DNA of 62,973 nt, the filler included, from Octopus bimaculoides (lineage: Eukaryota): assembly GCF_001194135.2 (NCBI RefSeq). It is 5 parts of 5 records of this genome, joined end to end, with 100 filler letters (N's around TTAATTAATTAA, not from the genome) between each part and the next. Parts side by side here need not be neighbours in the genome. Positions count along the whole stretch, not along the records: positions 48,761 to 61,848 come from NC_068986.1; positions 61,949 to 62,973 come from NW_026394979.1; 3 more parts are not named here. One strand, given 5' to 3'. Of this stretch, positions 60,453 through 62,973 are shown piece by piece; the stretch's first letter is position 1, and every line of letters begins with the position of its first letter. The notes under the pieces were generated by a model, which was not told where the DNA came from, did not search any database, and saw only the letters and a program-made list of their open reading frames with translations. The translations under genes and the position numbers were made by a program.

Positions 60453-60827
60453 GCCGTGAATCGAACTCGGAACCTTGGGGTTAGTAGCCCGCGCTCTTAA
60501 CCACTACGCCATACGCCATATGCCCACGGGCATATGGCGTAGTGGTTAAGAGCGCGGGCTACTAACCCCAAGGTTCCGAATTCGATTCACGGCAGCGACC
60601 TGATTAATAATAGTAATAATAATAATAATAATATAATAATAATAGTAACATCGTTAGGAATGAGAACTCAGGTTCGAAATTTCCCCCAAGACACCTGACG
60701 AAGGCTGGAGGGTATATCAGCCGAAACGTTGTGTTAACAACAAACAAGATGAGGACAAATATCCGTCAAATGTAAATAATGTAAATAATGTAAATAATTC
60801 CTCATCTCTTAAATAAATATAGAACTG
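60453..60827 (+). mobile_element. Composite element: inverted-duplicated tRNA-like head, (AAT)n, hammerhead ribozyme motif, short tail
   Basis: Arms 60453-60525 and 60528-60593 are inverted copies. A-box-like TGGCGTAGTGG and B-box-like TTCGATTC. Hammerhead at 60690-60735. The tail is shared with 56631-56738. Confidence 0.8.
60690..60735 (+). ncRNA. Minimal type I hammerhead ribozyme (dimeric, Penelope-like type)
   Basis: GACAC-CTGACGA-A-GGCTG-gagggtatat-CAGCC-GAAA-C-GTT-GTGTT. Complete CUGANGA/GAAA core, 5-bp stem II, 5-bp stem I with one G-U pair, loopless palindromic stem III AACGTT. Predicted cleavage after 60730. Confidence 0.7.
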
Positions 60828-60837
60828 AATAATAATA

Positions 60838-61050
60838 ATGGTTTCAAATTTTGCCACAAGGCAGCCATTTGGGGGGAGGGGATGAGTCGATTACATCGAC
60901 CCAGTGTTCAACTGGTACTTGTTTTGTTGACCCTGAAAGGATGAAAGGCAAGGTCGACCTCAACGGAATTTGAACTCAGAACGTACAGAATGACGAAATG
61001 CCGCTAAGCATTTTGCCCGGTGTGCTAACGATTCTGCCAGCTCGCTGCCT
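60838..61050 (-). mobile_element. SINE family B, tail type 3
   Basis: ATGGTTTCAAATTTTGCCACAAGG..GTCGATTACATCGACCCAGTG..AAGGTCGACC..GGAATTTGAACTCAGAACG..GATTCTGCCAGCTCGC.GCC. Confidence 0.88.
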
Positions 61051-61239
61051 TTATTACAACAGCATTAAAATAATACTTCATCACCGTAACAAGACCAATG
61101 TAGCACTGCTTTACACCACAAATATAAACATGACTCGCTTACACGAACAGCAACAACATTACAATTGTCGCCTAACACCGCCAACCTAACACTACTTCAT
61201 CATAACATCGTCTTTGGAGCACTTAGTCGCCAGTACTCC

Positions 61240-61480
61240 ACCAATATAACACTCTTTAACCGTAACTCCTCCAATATTTACACTTCCTCACTCGAACACC
61301 ACTAATGTAAATAAGACTGTCTCGCAGCAACACTGCCTCAATAACACTTCCTCGTTATTACACCACCAGTACACCACCTTCTCACCGTACCTCCCCCAGT
61401 ATTACACTTCTCCACCCGAACGCCACTAATTTGAATAAAGTTGTCTCACCTCGATAACACTTCGTCATCATTACGCAATT
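61240..61480. repeat. Diverged ~126-bp tandem duplication in a C/A-rich tract
   Basis: ACCGTA.CTCC.CCA.TATT.ACACTTC..CAC.CGAAC.CCACTAAT.T.AATAA...TGTCTC occurs near 61259 and near 61385. Confidence 0.7.
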
Positions 61481-61564
61481 AATGTAACACCTCGCCGTAA
61501 ACACCATCGGCAAAACAACTGTCTCATCTCTCGCCATAAAAATTGTCGCTAAAATTCTGGTTCA

Positions 61565-61848
61565 CCCTAACTGACATTCCGTCGGTTACGACGACGAGGG
61601 TTCCGGTTGATCCGATCAACGGAACAGTCTGCCCTTGAAATTAACGCGCAAGTGGCTGAGCACTCCACAGACACGAGTACCCTTAACGTAGTACTTAAGG
61701 AGATTCAACGTGACACAGAATGTAATGAGGTTGGCCTTTTCAAATACAGGTACTACTCATTTTTGCCGGCTGGGGTGAAGTGGAGCAACGTGAAATAAGA
61801 TGTCTTTTCGATCGTTAGCCGAATACGCTAAGTACTAAACCACGTGCC
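61565..61848 (-). mobile_element. SINE family C (internal deletion), ends at scaffold join
   Basis: TCCGTCGGTTACGACGACGAGGGTTCC.GTTGATCCGATCAACGGAACAG..GTGGCTGAGCACTCCACAG..CTAAACCACGTGCC. Confidence 0.85.
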
Positions 61849-61948
61849 NNNNNNNNNNNNNNNNNNNNNNNNNNNNNNNNNNNNNNNNNNNNTTAATTAA
61901 TTAANNNNNNNNNNNNNNNNNNNNNNNNNNNNNNNNNNNNNNNNNNNN
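61849..61948. other. Artificial scaffold-join spacer
   Basis: 44 N + TTAATTAATTAA (61893-61904) + 44 N. Confidence 0.95.
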
Positions 61949-62160
61949 CACGTTGCCACATTCGCGGATTTGGAAGACTTGTATGGAATAGCTGAGAACG
62001 TGTTTGCACTGATTATGAACAGCTATGCATAGTTTGAAAACGCGTGTGCCCTGTACCAACCAGCACTTAGACGAGGTAACAATCAAAAGAGGCATCTTCC
62101 AAGGAGACTCTTCTTCACCTCTCCCATTTTCTACAGTCCTACGTAAAATCAACATGCACT
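61949..62160 (+). mobile_element. Non-LTR RT fragment, R4/Dong-like
   Basis: Translates LDEVTIKRGIFQGDSSSPLPF, the RGIFQGDSLSPLLF motif typical of R4/Dong-type RTs. Confidence 0.7.
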
Positions 62161-62261
62161 ATGATCTATATATATATAATGTACTGATCCGTGATAGAAT
62201 ATTCAACAAAAACATACTCTATTAATTCATGTATTGTAACCTTTAAATGAATAAATAAATA

Positions 62262-62298
<37 letters not shown>

Positions 62299-62313
62299 TA
62301 TATATATAGATAA

Positions 62314-62348
<35 letters not shown>

Positions 62349-62509
62349 TAGATATGTACATACATACACACATACATGGCAGAAGTAAATAGACACTCTT
62401 ATAATCATTAAAATCTAGTTAAATCTGAAAGTATATATTCAATTTATGTATTAATTATTATAATGTGAATATCTAATATTAAGTACAGAAGCCTTTTTCA
62501 TTTTTCAAT

Positions 62510-62870
62510 GCAAGGGCCAACGGATTTCCAAGATATAACCCGCCCCCCAGATCATCACAGATCCTTCTCCATGTTTAACAGTTGGAAGAAGGTAGTGTGG
62601 ATCAAATGCTTCTTTTGTCTGTCTCCACAGGTATACTCGGCCAGTGGTCGGAAATAAGGTAAAGGATAACTCGTCCGAGAAAATAACCTTCCACTGCTCT
62701 AGGGACCAATCCTGTAGGTTTTTACTCCAATATAAACGCTTTGCAACGTTTGTTTTTGAAAGTAGTGGTTTTCTATTTGCAGCTCTCTTGTGAAATCCGG
62801 ATTTGTGCAGCTCGCGCGAATAGTTTTTGTGGAAACTGGGTTCTCCAGGTGGTCATTAATGTCATTAAGT
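62510..62870 (-). mobile_element. Tc1-family transposase fragment
   Basis: Minus strand: RKPLLSKTNVAKRLYWSKNLQDWSLEQWKVIFSDELSFTLFPTTGRVYLWRQTKEAFDPHYLLPTVKHGEGSVMIWG (first D of DD34E in FSDE, plus the PTVKHGGGSVM.WG motif). Confidence 0.9.
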
Positions 62871-62885
62871 TTGATTGATTAATCA

Positions 62886-62973
62886 ACGGCAGCATTCGTC
62901 CTATTTTTTGGACTGCCATTTTGGCTTGGCGATAACTATTAATATCCAATACAGCTGCCGTAGTCTCCTTTAG
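62886..62973. repeat. Repeat family Y, copy 2 (terminal module only)
   Basis: Matches 29440-29526; abuts the Tc1 fragment. Confidence 0.75.

Noticed and set aside
60528-60600. Functional tRNA gene
   Set aside because: The acceptor and anticodon stems pair poorly and the sequence is embedded in a repeat. It is treated as a SINE head.

Overview
AT-rich, repeat-dense eukaryotic DNA with roughly 13% N. The SINE families and the heavy (CA)n/(TA)n/(GATA)n/(GAT)n microsatellite load point to an octopus-like cephalopod draft genome (inference). Four identical 100-bp spacers (44 N + TTAATTAATTAA + 44 N) split the window into five joined scaffold pieces: 1-23547, 23648-32787, 32888-48660, 48761-61848 and 61949-62973. 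No intact host gene can be named. Almost all ORFs in the supplied track are microsatellite or N artefacts. The real coding relics are transposon fragments: two mariners, one Tc1, one hAT-like transposase, and CR1/L2, RTE and R4/Dong-like LINE pieces. There are four recurrent SINE-like families (A-D), three inverted-repeat MITE-like elements and a few weakly supported orphan exons. The most interesting signal is a set of minimal hammerhead-ribozyme motifs of the Penelope-like dimeric type in three different repeat families. One of these (60453-60827) is fused behind a head-to-head duplicated tRNA-like Pol III head, i.e. a candidate ribozyme-bearing SINE/retrozyme chimera.
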